64,000 nt of DNA from an uncultured Planctomycetota bacterium (GTDB lineage: Bacteria; Planctomycetota; PLA2; JAEUHO01): NCBI GenBank assembly GCA_963752285.1, contig CAVVXN010000005.1, positions 1,600,001 to 1,664,000 on the forward strand, in the 5' to 3' direction. A model generated the notes under the pieces. The model saw only the letters and a list, made by a program, of their open reading frames with translations. It was not told where the DNA came from and searched no databases. Of this stretch, positions 1-9,952 are shown piece by piece (position 1 is the stretch's first letter; each line of letters opens with the position of its first letter). The position numbers and the translations under genes are program-made.

Positions 1-1621
1 GGCGGAGGTCGGAACCGGGCGGCACGAGCGTGTCCAGGTGCGCCAGGCTCGCGGCGAGCGACGCGAGGTGGAACGCGCTCATCTCGAGCCAGAACCGCGC
101 GAGGCGTGCGTCGGCGAGCGACCGCGCGGGCGCGGAGCCGGGCCGCGCGAGGACCCGCTCGACCGTCGCCACGGCCTCGTCGTACGCGTGCGCCGCGTGC
201 GCGAGGCGCTTGGCCTCCGCGCGAAGCCCTTCTGCCGAGCCCAGGAGGTACGGGTCGAGGGGCACGCGCCGCGGCCGGTAGCCCGTCGCCACGCGCGGCG
301 GACGCGCGAGCGGCTTCCAGGCCCCCCAGGGACCGCTCCCCGCCTCGGCGCCGTACGTCCACGGCGTCTCGCGGGCCACGTGGTCCGCCGCCACGAGGAG
401 CGCGGCCGCGACCGGGTCCGCGGCGATCCGCGCGGCCGCTCCGTCCTCGGGCGCGAGCGACGGGGCGAGTCGGAGGAGCGCCGTGTCGTCCCGGGGGCAG
501 ACGTCGAGCCACGGCGCGGCGGGGAAGGGGTAGAAGACGTACCTTCCACCCGTCTCGAGCGCGGCGCGCGCGTACGGCCACCACCCGAACCCCGAGGGGA
601 CGTCGCTTGCGAACACGACCTGCCCGCCGTAGCGCGGGAGCGTCCCGGGCGTACCGGACGTGAAGCGCAGGCCCGACGCCGGCGGCGTCGGCTTCCCGCC
701 GGGCGGCGCGCCGCCGGGCGCGGTCTTCTCGTCGTCGGGCGAGGGCCCGAGGAGCTCGTCGAGACGGCGCTTTCGCTCCACCGGGTCGGGGTACTCCTTC
801 TGGAGCTCCCGGTCGGCCTCCTCGCGGAGGAGTCGCTCGTACGCGGCGCCCGGGTCGGCGCCGTAGTGGCCGAACGCGTCGGGGGGCGGACGCATCGGTC
901 GCGCCGCCCAGGGAAGGAGCGGCAGCGTGGGGAGCGGGACCTCGTCGCCGAACCGCACCTCGGGCGCGACGACGACGAGCCGTGCGCCGCGCGCACGGAG
1001 CGCCTCCGCGACGCGCTCGGGATCGAAGTACGTCCCGACCGGAAGGAGCAGGTCGCGCCACGCCTCGCCGTCGCCGTCCACGTAGCGCTCGGGCGTCCAC
1101 TCGCTCGCGAGGAGCACCACGAGGGCGGGCGCGTCGGCCGACCCGCGCGGGGCGAGGCGCGCGAGGAGGCGCGCCGCCGGCTCGAAGCGTCCCTTCTCGT
1201 CCCACCACGCCGCGGCGAGGTCGTCCGCGAGCGTCTCGCGCCAGCGCGCCGCGCCGACCGGGATCGCCTCGGCGCCGGCCGAGGGCGCGACGCGGATCGC
1301 GACGCCGCCCTTCGCGGCCCAGGCGGCGGTGGCGTCGAGCCACCGCCCGAGGTCGCCCGGGTAGTCGTGGTCCGCGCGATACTCGTTCCGACCGGGCGGC
1401 GGCGCGAACGTGATCCGGTCGAAGACCACCGTGACCTCGCGCACCCCGGCGTGCGAGGCCTCGGCCGCGATCCTCTCGAGGACGGCGGCGGGGGTCGCGA
1501 GGTCTCGGACGTAGAGGTCACGCGTCCGTGCGGCCGCGTCGGGCTCCGGTCGGGCGGTCGCCGGCGGGAGGGTCCACGCGACGACGAGGACGGCCAGCGA
1601 CAGGATCCGGCGCACGCGCAC
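1..1621 (-). CDS. Secreted uncharacterised protein, vWA-like planctomycete family (3' end runs off window); paralog of 47646..49406
   Basis: Translated by hand (open frame, absent from ORF track): GTG start after GGAGG, signal peptide MRVRRILSLAVLVVAWTLPPATA, motif DVPSGFGWWPYARAALETGGRYVFY, later ADARLARFWLEMSAFHL. Confidence 0.7.
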   Translation of the reverse strand, partial: MRVRRILSLAVLVVAWTLPPATARPEPDAAARTRDLYVRDLATPAAVLERIAAEASHAGVREVTVVFDRITFAPPPGRNEYRADHDYPGDLGRWLDATAAWAAKGGVAIRVAPSAGAEAIPVGAARWRETLADDLAAAWWDEKGRFEPAARLLARLAPRGSADAPALVVLLASEWTPERYVDGDGEAWRDLLLPVGTYFDPERVAEALRARGARLVVVAPEVRFGDEVPLPTLPLLPWAARPMRPPPDAFGHYGADPGAAYERLLREEADRELQKEYPDPVERKRRLDELLGPSPDDEKTAPGGAPPGGKPTPPASGLRFTSGTPGTLPRYGGQVVFASDVPSGFGWWPYARAALETGGRYVFYPFPAAPWLDVCPRDDTALLRLAPSLAPEDGAAARIAADPVAAALLVAADHVARETPWTYGAEAGSGPWGAWKPLARPPRVATGYRPRRVPLDPYLLGSAEGLRAEAKRLAHAAHAYDEAVATVERVLARPGSAPARSLADARLARFWLEMSAFHLASLAASLAHLDTLVPPGSDLR

Positions 1622-1664
1622 AGAGGGCTCCCTCCCGGATGGGAACGCCCGCGGCGCCCGACCG

Positions 1665-3497
1665 TCATCCTCCCACGGTCGTCCGGTCCCGCGCCTCGCC
1701 GGCCCCGAGCGGGGTCTCGGGGGCCGGCCCGGCCTCGCCGCCCGGCACGAGCCCACCGTCCGCGCGGAGGGGGCGGGAGCGGGAGAGCCGCGGCGCGAGG
1801 ATCAGGGTCGCGCCATAGAGGACGAACGAGGCGGCGAGCGTCGCGGGCCGTCCTTCGAGGAGGTCCTCGAGGAACAGCTTGATCGCGCCGAGCAGGAGGA
1901 GCGGCGTCACGAGCCACCGCGCGGGCCGCATCGCCTCGGTGCGGCCGGCCAGGGCGGCGAGGACGGTCAGCAGACCGAGGCAGGCGGTGCGGCACGTCGC
2001 GAGCACGGCCGCGTCTACGGCCCCCCCCGAGAACGCGCGGCCGAGGTACGCCGCGAGCGCGCCACCGCCCCCGAACGCGCCGATCGCGAGCAGCGCCAGC
2101 TGGCTCGCGCGGATCATCGCCCGTCGGCCGGGCTTAGCGACGCGCGCGGGGAACGCCGCCGCGACGAACGCCGCCACGACGGTGAGCGCGGCCGCGCCCG
2201 AGAGCACGGGTCCCGCGGCCACGAGCCCGTCGAGCCACGCGCGCCGGGCCTGCGGTACGAGGCCCGAGGCCGCGGCGGCCGCGACGACGTACAGCGCCGC
2301 GTGGACGGTCAGCGTCATGCGTCCGAACACGCGGGCGAGGACCCCGACCCCGATCGCGAGGGTGGCCCAGCACCAGGCCGGGTCGTCGAGGAGACCCGCG
2401 CTGCTCATCACGACGAGGAGGAGGGCGAGCGTCGTGAAGTAGTAGAAGCACCGGCGTCGCTCGCGGTCGAGGAGCGTGAACCCGACCACGTACGCCAGCA
2501 CGCCGAGGGCGAGCACGCCACTCGCGAGGGCCGCCGGCGCCGTCCCCGTACGCGCCGCCACGTAGAGCGATCCCCCGACGCCCACGCCGACGGCGAGCAG
2601 GGTCTGTACGCCTTCGAACGACGCGAGGCTCCAGCGGCGGCGGACGAGCTGTACCCCGACGCTGCCCACGTAGCCGGCGAAGAGCAGCAGGAGCACGACC
2701 ACGAGCGCGGCGGGCGAGGGGACACCCCGCGCCAGCGTGTGGTAGGCGGCGATCGACGCGGCCAGGTCGGCGGCGAGGGCCGAGACGATCGCGAGACCGG
2801 TCCAGCCGCGCGGGCGGCCGATCCAGAGCGCGACCATCCCGATCACGAGGAGCACGACGGTGAAGGCGAGCGCGCGCTCCCCGTCGGGGATCGACTCCGC
2901 GAGCGACGCCACCGCCGCGCCGAGCACGTAGGGCCACGCGAGCGCGGGCACGCGCTGCCGCCACGCCACCACGAGCGCGCCCGACGTCACGGACGCGACG
3001 AGCGCCGCGCTCACGAGGGGAGACAGGAGGTGGAACCGCGCGGAAGTCTCCCAGGCGAGCGGGTACGCGATGAGCGCCGCCGCGAGCCCGTGCCAGATCG
3101 CGACGTCGCGCCGGCCGCGCGCGGCGGCCCTCGACGCGAGCACGAGCCACCAGAACCCGTAGGCGAGGCCGAGGGCCACACCGGCGAGGCGCCCTCCCGG
3201 CGTCGTCATCGCCTCGGTGAAGGCGCGCAAGACGTAGGCGCCCCCCATCACGAGCAGGAGCCGGCCCAGGAAGGGCATCGCCGCCGCCAGGCCCCGGAAC
3301 GCGGCGACCGCGTCGGGCGGGATCGATCCCTCGGCCTCGCTCGCGCGAGGCGCGTGCGCCCGGGGGGCGGGGGACGGGCCGGGCGACGTCGTCTCGCGAG
3401 CGACGAGACGCTCGAGCGCCTCGACGCGGGCGACGAGGTCCCTCACCTCGCGCGCGAGCGCGCGAAGGTCGTCCGGTGCGCGAGGGTCCTCGTGCAT
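1665..3497 (-). CDS. Multi-pass membrane protein, DUF2339-like
   Basis: N-terminal coiled coil (LAREVRDLVARVEALER), Pro-rich linker, then many hydrophobic helices; divergent from the cytochrome operon. Confidence 0.7.
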   Translation of the reverse strand: MHEDPRAPDDLRALAREVRDLVARVEALERLVARETTSPGPSPAPRAHAPRASEAEGSIPPDAVAAFRGLAAAMPFLGRLLLVMGGAYVLRAFTEAMTTPGGRLAGVALGLAYGFWWLVLASRAAARGRRDVAIWHGLAAALIAYPLAWETSARFHLLSPLVSAALVASVTSGALVVAWRQRVPALAWPYVLGAAVASLAESIPDGERALAFTVVLLVIGMVALWIGRPRGWTGLAIVSALAADLAASIAAYHTLARGVPSPAALVVVLLLLFAGYVGSVGVQLVRRRWSLASFEGVQTLLAVGVGVGGSLYVAARTGTAPAALASGVLALGVLAYVVGFTLLDRERRRCFYYFTTLALLLVVMSSAGLLDDPAWCWATLAIGVGVLARVFGRMTLTVHAALYVVAAAAASGLVPQARRAWLDGLVAAGPVLSGAAALTVVAAFVAAAFPARVAKPGRRAMIRASQLALLAIGAFGGGGALAAYLGRAFSGGAVDAAVLATCRTACLGLLTVLAALAGRTEAMRPARWLVTPLLLLGAIKLFLEDLLEGRPATLAASFVLYGATLILAPRLSRSRPLRADGGLVPGGEAGPAPETPLGAGEARDRTTVGG

Positions 3498-3733
3498 CCG
3501 CTCGGCCGTCCCCGCGCCGTGCGCCGACTCGCCTTCGAGCCACCCTCCGGTCCACGGGCCACGGCGCGCGAGACCATAGCAGGAACGCCCCCGCGGGCGC
3601 ACGAGGGCATTCGAAAACGATTCACGCTGGATATCGGACCGCCTCGGTCCTCGAACCGTCTCCAAACACGCCGTTGGACGCGAGGGCCCGACTTCCGTAG
3701 ACTCCCGCCCCGCGTCGTGCGTCGGGAGGAGCC

Positions 3734-4183
3734 ATGGGCGACGTGGAGCCGGGCCGTACACGTCGGTCGTTCCTGGACCTCGTGTTCCGAGGAGGAATCG
3801 CCGGTCTCTTGGCCGCGGTCGTGTACCCGGTGCTTCGGTATCTGTCGCCTCCCGCGGCCGCCGAGCCGGGCGCGCGATCGGTGGTGCTGAACCCGGAGGA
3901 CCCGAAGCAGGTCGACCCGAACACGCGCCTCTTCGTCTTCGGCGACAAACCCGGCATCCTGGTCAAGGGGCCGGGCGGCGAGTGGAAGGCGTTCAGCGCC
4001 ATCTGCACGCACCTGGGTTGCACCGTGCGATACAAGACCGAGACCCGCACGATCTGGTGCCCCTGCCACAACGGGATGTTCGACCTGAACGGCAGGAACC
4101 TCCCGGGCACGCCGCCACCGCGACCCCTCGACGAGCTCCGCGTCCAGCCGCGACCCGACGGCACGCTCGTCGTGAGGAGGTGA
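3734..4183 (+). CDS. qcrA: Rieske 2Fe-2S subunit of a Rieske/cytochrome b complex
   Basis: Tat motif TRRSFL, TM anchor, CTHLGC and CPCHNG boxes, PPPRPL; GGAGG RBS. Confidence 0.95.
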   Translation: MGDVEPGRTRRSFLDLVFRGGIAGLLAAVVYPVLRYLSPPAAAEPGARSVVLNPEDPKQVDPNTRLFVFGDKPGILVKGPGGEWKAFSAICTHLGCTVRYKTETRTIWCPCHNGMFDLNGRNLPGTPPPRPLDELRVQPRPDGTLVVRR

Positions 4184-4186
4184 TCG

Positions 4187-5311
4187 ATGGCCGGCCGCCC
4201 CGCGCGCGAGAACCTGGCCCGCTGGCTGGACGAACGGGTCGGAACCTCCGACTTCGAACGGCTCGCCCGGCACAAGGCCGTCCCGATCCACAAGCACACG
4301 CTCTGGTACTACCTGGGCGGGATGACGCTCTTCCTGCTCGCCGTCCAGGTGGCGACGGGCATCCTCCTCACGCTCTACTACCGCCCGGGACCGGAGGAAG
4401 CGCACGAGAGCGTCCGGTTCATCACGGGCGAGGTCTCGTTCGGTTGGCTCATCCGCGCGCTCCACGGCTGGACGGCGAACCTGCTGATCCTCGTCGCGGG
4501 GCTGCACCTGGTCAGCGTCTTCTTCCTCCAGGCCTATCGACGGCCCCGGGAGATGACCTGGGTGACTGGCGTGCTCCTCTTCCTCCTCTTCCTCGGGTTC
4601 GGCTTCAGCGGCTACCTGCTGCCGTGGAACCAGCTCTCCTACGCCGCCACCCGCGTGGGGACCCAGGTTCTCGACAACATCCCCTGGATCGGCCCCTGGC
4701 TCCTCCACCTGCTCCGCGGGGGACCCGACGTCACGGGCGCGACCCTCTCTCGCTTCTACGGGATCCACATCGCGATCCTACCGGCCCTGCTCACGATGGT
4801 GATCGGCGGACACCTCTATCTCGTGCAACGACACGGGATGAGCGTCCCGCTGAGCGTGGAGAAGAAGCACGGCCCGGGCGGCGTCCGGACGATGCCGTTC
4901 TTGCCGAACTTCTTGATGCGCGACATGGTGGGCTGGCTGGTCGCGCTCGGCGTGCTCGCGGGGCTCGCGGCGCTGCTGCCCGAAGGCGACGGGTTCCTCG
5001 TGAACCTCCATCTCGGAGACAAGGCCGATCTCGTCGGGGCCACGCCGCCCGGCCTGAAGCCCGAGTGGTACTTCCTCGCGATGTTCCAGACGCTGAAGCT
5101 CCTCCCCGGCCACTTCTTCGGGATCGAGTGGCTCGTCGGGGAGCAGATCGGCGTGCTGGCGTTCGGGCTCGTCGGCCTCGGCCTGCTGCTCGTCCCCTTC
5201 CTCGATCGCAGGGCCGCCCGCGGGGAACCGAACCGGCTGTTGCGGGTCCTCGGGATCCTGGCGATCGCGTACATGGTCGTGTTCACCATCCTCGGTCGCG
5301 TGCTGCCCTAG
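4187..5311 (+). CDS. qcrB: Cytochrome b (b6 + subunit IV regions in one chain)
   Basis: WYYLGG, GWLIRALHGW, GYLLPW, SRFYGIH heme-ligand helices and KPEWYF Qo motif. Confidence 0.95.
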   Translation: MAGRPARENLARWLDERVGTSDFERLARHKAVPIHKHTLWYYLGGMTLFLLAVQVATGILLTLYYRPGPEEAHESVRFITGEVSFGWLIRALHGWTANLLILVAGLHLVSVFFLQAYRRPREMTWVTGVLLFLLFLGFGFSGYLLPWNQLSYAATRVGTQVLDNIPWIGPWLLHLLRGGPDVTGATLSRFYGIHIAILPALLTMVIGGHLYLVQRHGMSVPLSVEKKHGPGGVRTMPFLPNFLMRDMVGWLVALGVLAGLAALLPEGDGFLVNLHLGDKADLVGATPPGLKPEWYFLAMFQTLKLLPGHFFGIEWLVGEQIGVLAFGLVGLGLLLVPFLDRRAARGEPNRLLRVLGILAIAYMVVFTILGRVLP

Positions 5312-5330
5312 GCGGCGCGGGAGGAGAGCG

Positions 5331-6860
5331 ATGCCTCCGCTCAAGTTCTTCCTCGCGACGAGTCTCCTCCTCGCGGCCCTCGCCGCGCCGGCCCGCGCCG
5401 ACGAGGAGGAAGGCTGTGCCGCCTGTCACTCCGACGAGGACATGGAGGCGCCGGTCCGCGCGCCCGCCCTCGCGTGGGCGAACGACGCGCACCACGCCGC
5501 GGGCCTCTCGTGCACAGCGTGCCACGGGGGCGTGGACGGCACGATGGACTACACCGAAGCGCACGACAAGGGCAAGGGCTTCCGGGGCAAGCCGAAGCCC
5601 GAGGACGTCGTGGGCATCTGTGCGGGCTGCCACGACGACCCGTCGAAGGCGGGCGCCGCCGCGGCGAAGCCGGGCACGACGCCTCCGGGCGCGGCGTTCC
5701 GCCACGGGGTGCACGGCCAGGTCGAGCCGGCCCAGGGACACGAGCTCCCGACGTGCATCTCGTGCCACGGGGCACATGGGATCCTCCCCCCCACGGACGA
5801 GCGGTCCAGCGTCTACCCGACGAAGGTTCCCGAGACGTGCAACCGCTGCCACGGCGACCTCGACTACATGCGCGCGTTCACCTCCGCGCGGGTCCGCGTG
5901 GACCAGTACATCGAGTACCAGACCAGCGTGCACGGCAAGCGACTCGCCGCGGGAGACACGAAGGTCGCGGTCTGCTCCTCGTGTCACGGGAACCACGACA
6001 TCCGAAAGGCCTCGGACCCCAGCTCGAGCGTCTATCCCGCGAACGTGGCTGCCACGTGCGGCTCCTGCCACGCGGACCCCGAGCACATGAAGGGGTACGA
6101 GATCCCCGTCCGGGGCGGGGGCACGGGCCCGATCCCCACCGACCAGGTCGCGCGGTGGTCGAAGAGCGTCCACCACGAGCAGCTCGTGGAGAAGGGCGAC
6201 CTCTCGGCACCGACCTGCAACGACTGCCACGGCAACCACGGCGCGACGCCCCCGGAGGTTCGCGCGGTGGCGAACGTGTGCGGGCAGTGCCACTCCCGAC
6301 CCGCCGAGCTCTTCGCGGGCTCCGGAATCGAGCATGCGCTGGACGAGGGAGGATGGCCCCGGTGCGCCACCTGCCACGGCAACCACGAGATCACGCGGCC
6401 CACCGACGCGCTCCTCGCGAAGATCGCGGCGGGCCAGGCCACGCCGGGGGGCTGGACCGCGCCGGCCCCGTGGAGCCAGAAGGCCTCGACCCTGCTCGAC
6501 TCGATCCGCCGGCTGGCGGACCGGATCGACCACACGAAGGAGCTGGTCGATCGCGTGGCCAACTACGGCATGGACGTCACGCGCCCGCGCCTCTTCCTCC
6601 ACCAGGCCGAGGACCAGCTCGTGCAGGCGCGGGTGAACGTCCACCGGTTCGACCCCGAGGTCATGAAGGGGATCCTCGAGGGCACGGAGGACGAGACGGG
6701 CGCCCTCGTGCTCGCGGACCGCGCCGACGCGACCGCGAACGACCTGCTCGCCGAGCGACGGTTCCGCCGCGTGGGCCTCGCCGTCGCGCTCGCGTTCATC
6801 GCGCTCGTGGTGGTGGCGTTGCTGCTCCGCATCCGCCGCATGGAGCGGACCCCGGCCTGA
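5331..6860 (+). CDS. Decaheme c-type cytochrome with signal peptide and C-terminal TM anchor
   Basis: 10 CxxCH motifs (CAACH, CTACH, CAGCH, CISCH, CNRCH, CSSCH, CGSCH, CNDCH, CGQCH, CATCH), AxA signal, helical stalk and hydrophobic C-terminus. Confidence 0.92.
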   Translation: MPPLKFFLATSLLLAALAAPARADEEEGCAACHSDEDMEAPVRAPALAWANDAHHAAGLSCTACHGGVDGTMDYTEAHDKGKGFRGKPKPEDVVGICAGCHDDPSKAGAAAAKPGTTPPGAAFRHGVHGQVEPAQGHELPTCISCHGAHGILPPTDERSSVYPTKVPETCNRCHGDLDYMRAFTSARVRVDQYIEYQTSVHGKRLAAGDTKVAVCSSCHGNHDIRKASDPSSSVYPANVAATCGSCHADPEHMKGYEIPVRGGGTGPIPTDQVARWSKSVHHEQLVEKGDLSAPTCNDCHGNHGATPPEVRAVANVCGQCHSRPAELFAGSGIEHALDEGGWPRCATCHGNHEITRPTDALLAKIAAGQATPGGWTAPAPWSQKASTLLDSIRRLADRIDHTKELVDRVANYGMDVTRPRLFLHQAEDQLVQARVNVHRFDPEVMKGILEGTEDETGALVLADRADATANDLLAERRFRRVGLAVALAFIALVVVALLLRIRRMERTPA

Positions 6861-6984
6861 CCCCGGCCCGACCCCGGCGCGGCCCCGCGCCGCGCGTCGA
6901 GGCCGACCGTCGCGCCGATCTGGCCGTCGAGGTCGCGATCGCTACACTTTCCCGATCTCGGGTCCCGCCGGCGGAGAACTCTCG

Positions 6985-8436
6985 ATGAAGCGGCTCTGGT
7001 CCTGGCTGCCGAACCTCTGGATCCACCCGCTCTCGGCGGCGGGCACCATCCTGACGACCGTGACCGGCTTCATGCTGGTCCTGGTCCTCGCCACGGGCTG
7101 GGCCGGGCAGACCGAGAACATCTACGCCGCGGCCTTCCTCCTGATGGCCCTGCCCACCCTCTTCGTGCTGGGCCTCCTCCTGATCCCCGTGGGGGTGTGG
7201 CTCGAGCACCGGCGCCGGTCGCAGGCGGGCGGAACCCAGACCCTGGGCGACGCCGTGGCCGCTCTCTTCACCACGAAGTCGGGCCATCGCAAGCTCCTCG
7301 TCCTCGGCCTCCTGACCCTCGTGAACGTGGTCCTCCTGGCGGGCATCGGGCACCGGGCGCTCGGCTACATGGACACCCCCACCTTCTGCGGGACGACGTG
7401 TCACGAGGTCATGCAGCCGGAGTACGTGTCGTACATGGCGTCGCCCCACGCGCGGGTGGCGTGCGTCGAGTGCCACATCGGGCCCGGCGCCACCTTCCTC
7501 GTCAAGTCCAAGATCGACGGTCTCCGGCAGGTGTGGCGCACCATCACGAACACGTACGACCGCCCGGTCCCCGTGCCCGTCCACACCCTCCGCCCCTCGC
7601 GCGACACGTGCGAGGCGTGCCACTGGCCCGACAAGTTCACGGGGAACCGCATCGTGCAGCGCGTGCACGTCGATCCGGACGAGGACAACTCCTTCGAGGT
7701 GACGGCCCTGGCCCTCCGCGTCGGAGGCCTGAACGGGATCACGAACCAGTACGAGGGCATCCACTGGCACGTCGCCGCGGACTCCGAGGTGCGCTACGAC
7801 GCCCTGGACGAGAAGCGCGAGGAGATCGGCAAGGTCACGGTCCTCAAGCACGGGAAGGTGGTGGCCGAGTACCTCCCCCCGGGCGACCCCAAGCCCGTCG
7901 TCGAGTCCCGCGTGATGGACTGCATCGACTGCCACAACCGGCCGACGCACATCTTCGACCTCACGCCGGCACGCGCGCTGGACCGCGGGTTCGTCCAGGG
8001 CCTGCTCGACAAGGACGTGAAGTGGCTCCGTCAGGTCGGCGAGCCCATCCTCGCCCGCACGGACCTCCAGCGCGACGAGGTGGAGGCGGCGTTCCGGAAG
8101 GACCTCGAGGCGGCGTACCGGGAGAAGCACGCCGACGCCGTCCCCACGAAGGAGCAGCTGGACGCGGCGGCGCACGGCCTCGCGGAGCTGTGGCTCCGCA
8201 ACATCTTCCCGGCGCGCGGGGTCTCGTGGGGGACGTACCGCACGAACCTCGGCCACAAGTTCGAGGACCCGGAGCGCCACGGCTGCTTCCGGTGCCACGA
8301 CGGCAAGCACAAGACCGCCGACGGCAAGGTGCTCGACAACAACTGCGACCGGTGCCACGAGATGCTCGCAGAGGACGAGAAGCCGGACGAGCTCGACGAC
8401 TCGCTCCAGGTCCTCCTCCACCTGAAGAACCCCTGA
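6985..8436 (+). CDS. Membrane-anchored NapC/NirT-like multiheme cytochrome c (about 6 hemes)
   Basis: Three N-terminal TM helices; FCGTTCH (CX3CH), SPHARVACVECH, CEACH, CIDCH, CFRCH, CDRCH. Confidence 0.88.
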   Translation: MKRLWSWLPNLWIHPLSAAGTILTTVTGFMLVLVLATGWAGQTENIYAAAFLLMALPTLFVLGLLLIPVGVWLEHRRRSQAGGTQTLGDAVAALFTTKSGHRKLLVLGLLTLVNVVLLAGIGHRALGYMDTPTFCGTTCHEVMQPEYVSYMASPHARVACVECHIGPGATFLVKSKIDGLRQVWRTITNTYDRPVPVPVHTLRPSRDTCEACHWPDKFTGNRIVQRVHVDPDEDNSFEVTALALRVGGLNGITNQYEGIHWHVAADSEVRYDALDEKREEIGKVTVLKHGKVVAEYLPPGDPKPVVESRVMDCIDCHNRPTHIFDLTPARALDRGFVQGLLDKDVKWLRQVGEPILARTDLQRDEVEAAFRKDLEAAYREKHADAVPTKEQLDAAAHGLAELWLRNIFPARGVSWGTYRTNLGHKFEDPERHGCFRCHDGKHKTADGKVLDNNCDRCHEMLAEDEKPDELDDSLQVLLHLKNP

Positions 8437-8493
8437 TCCGAACGCGGAGCGGGACCCGGACGACGCGCCGCGCGGGCGTCCGGGCCCGGGGGG

Positions 8494-9303
8494 TCAGCCG
8501 AGCCAGCGCGACCACGTCTCGCGGGCCACCCGGTCGGCGTCGATCGACACGCCCTGGCGAACGAAGTAGCGCGCGAGGCGGTCCACGTCGCGCTGGAACA
8601 GCTCGAACGCCCGCGGGTGGGCGAGGGCGTCCACGGTCTGCGGCAGGTCGATCACGCGTGCGCGGCCCTCGTGGTAGAGGACGTTGTACGCCGACAGGTC
8701 CGCGTGGATCACGAAGCACGAGAGCATGCGGTTCACGTCCTCGAGGAGCGCCGCGAGGACCCGTTCCGCCTCGTCCGGCGCGAGCGAGACGTCCTGGAGG
8801 ACCGGCGCCGCGCCGCTCTCGTCCCCCACGAACTCCATCAGGATGGCGTTTTGCGTCGCCACGAGCGGCCGAGGCACGTCCACGCCGGCCTGGTGGAGCG
8901 TCTCGAGGGTCTTGTACTCGTGCTGGCACCACGAGATCGCGTCCAGGACCTTTCCGTAGCGCGTCTTCTTGGCGAGCGCGCGCGCGCTCCTCGAGTCGCG
9001 CACGGGCTTCCCCTCGAGGTCCAAAGTGCCGCGCGCCTGCTTGTAGAGCGCGTCGTTCTTCATCGCGCGGAAGATGCGCGGCCGGAACACCTTTGCGGCC
9101 ACGAGGTCGAGACCCGTGCCCGGATGCGCTCGGCAACCGTACACCGTCGCCTCCTTCCCGCCCTTGACGCGGAAGAGGACGTCGGTGAACCACTCCTCTA
9201 CGTAGAGGCCCCCGAGGGCCTCGAGGATCCACGCGCGTTCCTGCCGCCCGCCGCCGAACGACGGGTCGAACGCGCTCTCGAGATCGTGCTGCTTTCGGGA
9301 CAC
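8494..9303 (-). CDS. RIO1-family atypical protein kinase
   Basis: KGGKEATVY, AAKVF, ILMEF, IHADLSAYNVL, IDLPQ, RDV motifs. Confidence 0.92.
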   Translation of the reverse strand: MSRKQHDLESAFDPSFGGGRQERAWILEALGGLYVEEWFTDVLFRVKGGKEATVYGCRAHPGTGLDLVAAKVFRPRIFRAMKNDALYKQARGTLDLEGKPVRDSRSARALAKKTRYGKVLDAISWCQHEYKTLETLHQAGVDVPRPLVATQNAILMEFVGDESGAAPVLQDVSLAPDEAERVLAALLEDVNRMLSCFVIHADLSAYNVLYHEGRARVIDLPQTVDALAHPRAFELFQRDVDRLARYFVRQGVSIDADRVARETWSRWLG

Positions 9304-9517
9304 GGGGAAGCTCCGGAGAAGGGCCGCGAGGCCAAACGGGGGTCGGGAGACGTCGAGAGGGGGAACCCGAGCCGGGAACCGGCGCGGGGCGGGTGGACCG
9401 CGCGGCGCGCGGTCGGGGCCGTCGGGCCTCGGCCGGGGTCGCGGGCCGCGCGCGGTACGGGACCGCTTGGGAGCGGTCCCTCCGGCGGGACGACGCGTTC
9501 GCGGTCCGCCAATCCCG

Positions 9518-9568
9518 GTCAGGCGATCGCGGTCAGGCGATCGCGGTCAGGCGATCGGGATCAGGCGC
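9518..9568. repeat. 14-bp tandem repeat GTCAGGCGATCGCG (about 3.5 copies)
   Basis: Read directly in the RIO kinase upstream region; each unit contains the palindrome GCGATCGC. Confidence 0.85.
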
Positions 9569-9952
9569 CGCGGACCCGTGCGGCACGGCCCCGGGGGGCG
9601 AGGTCGAGAGCAGCGGTTCGGTTCATCCTGCGCCTCCTCTCTGGCCGCGGGCCGGTACGGGGTGTCGAGGGAGGAGAATCTACCCGGCTCGACGAGCCGG
9701 GCGCCAGCCCCGGCTCCGGCGGTCCCCCGGATCGGCGCGCGCGAAGGACACCGGCCCCCCGGAGACCCCCGTCCCGTCCCGGCGACGGCTCGCGTGTCGG
9801 CGTCGGAGGACGACGTGCGCGGAGGATCTCCGACGGACGAAGCGGCCCCGTCCGAAGCGCGCGGCGTGCCGCGAGGCCCCCGAGAGCCTCTCCCCTTCGC
9901 GGCGAGCCGCCGGGCGGTCCGGGTCGGGGGCGCGGGGGGGACGGACCCGGTC

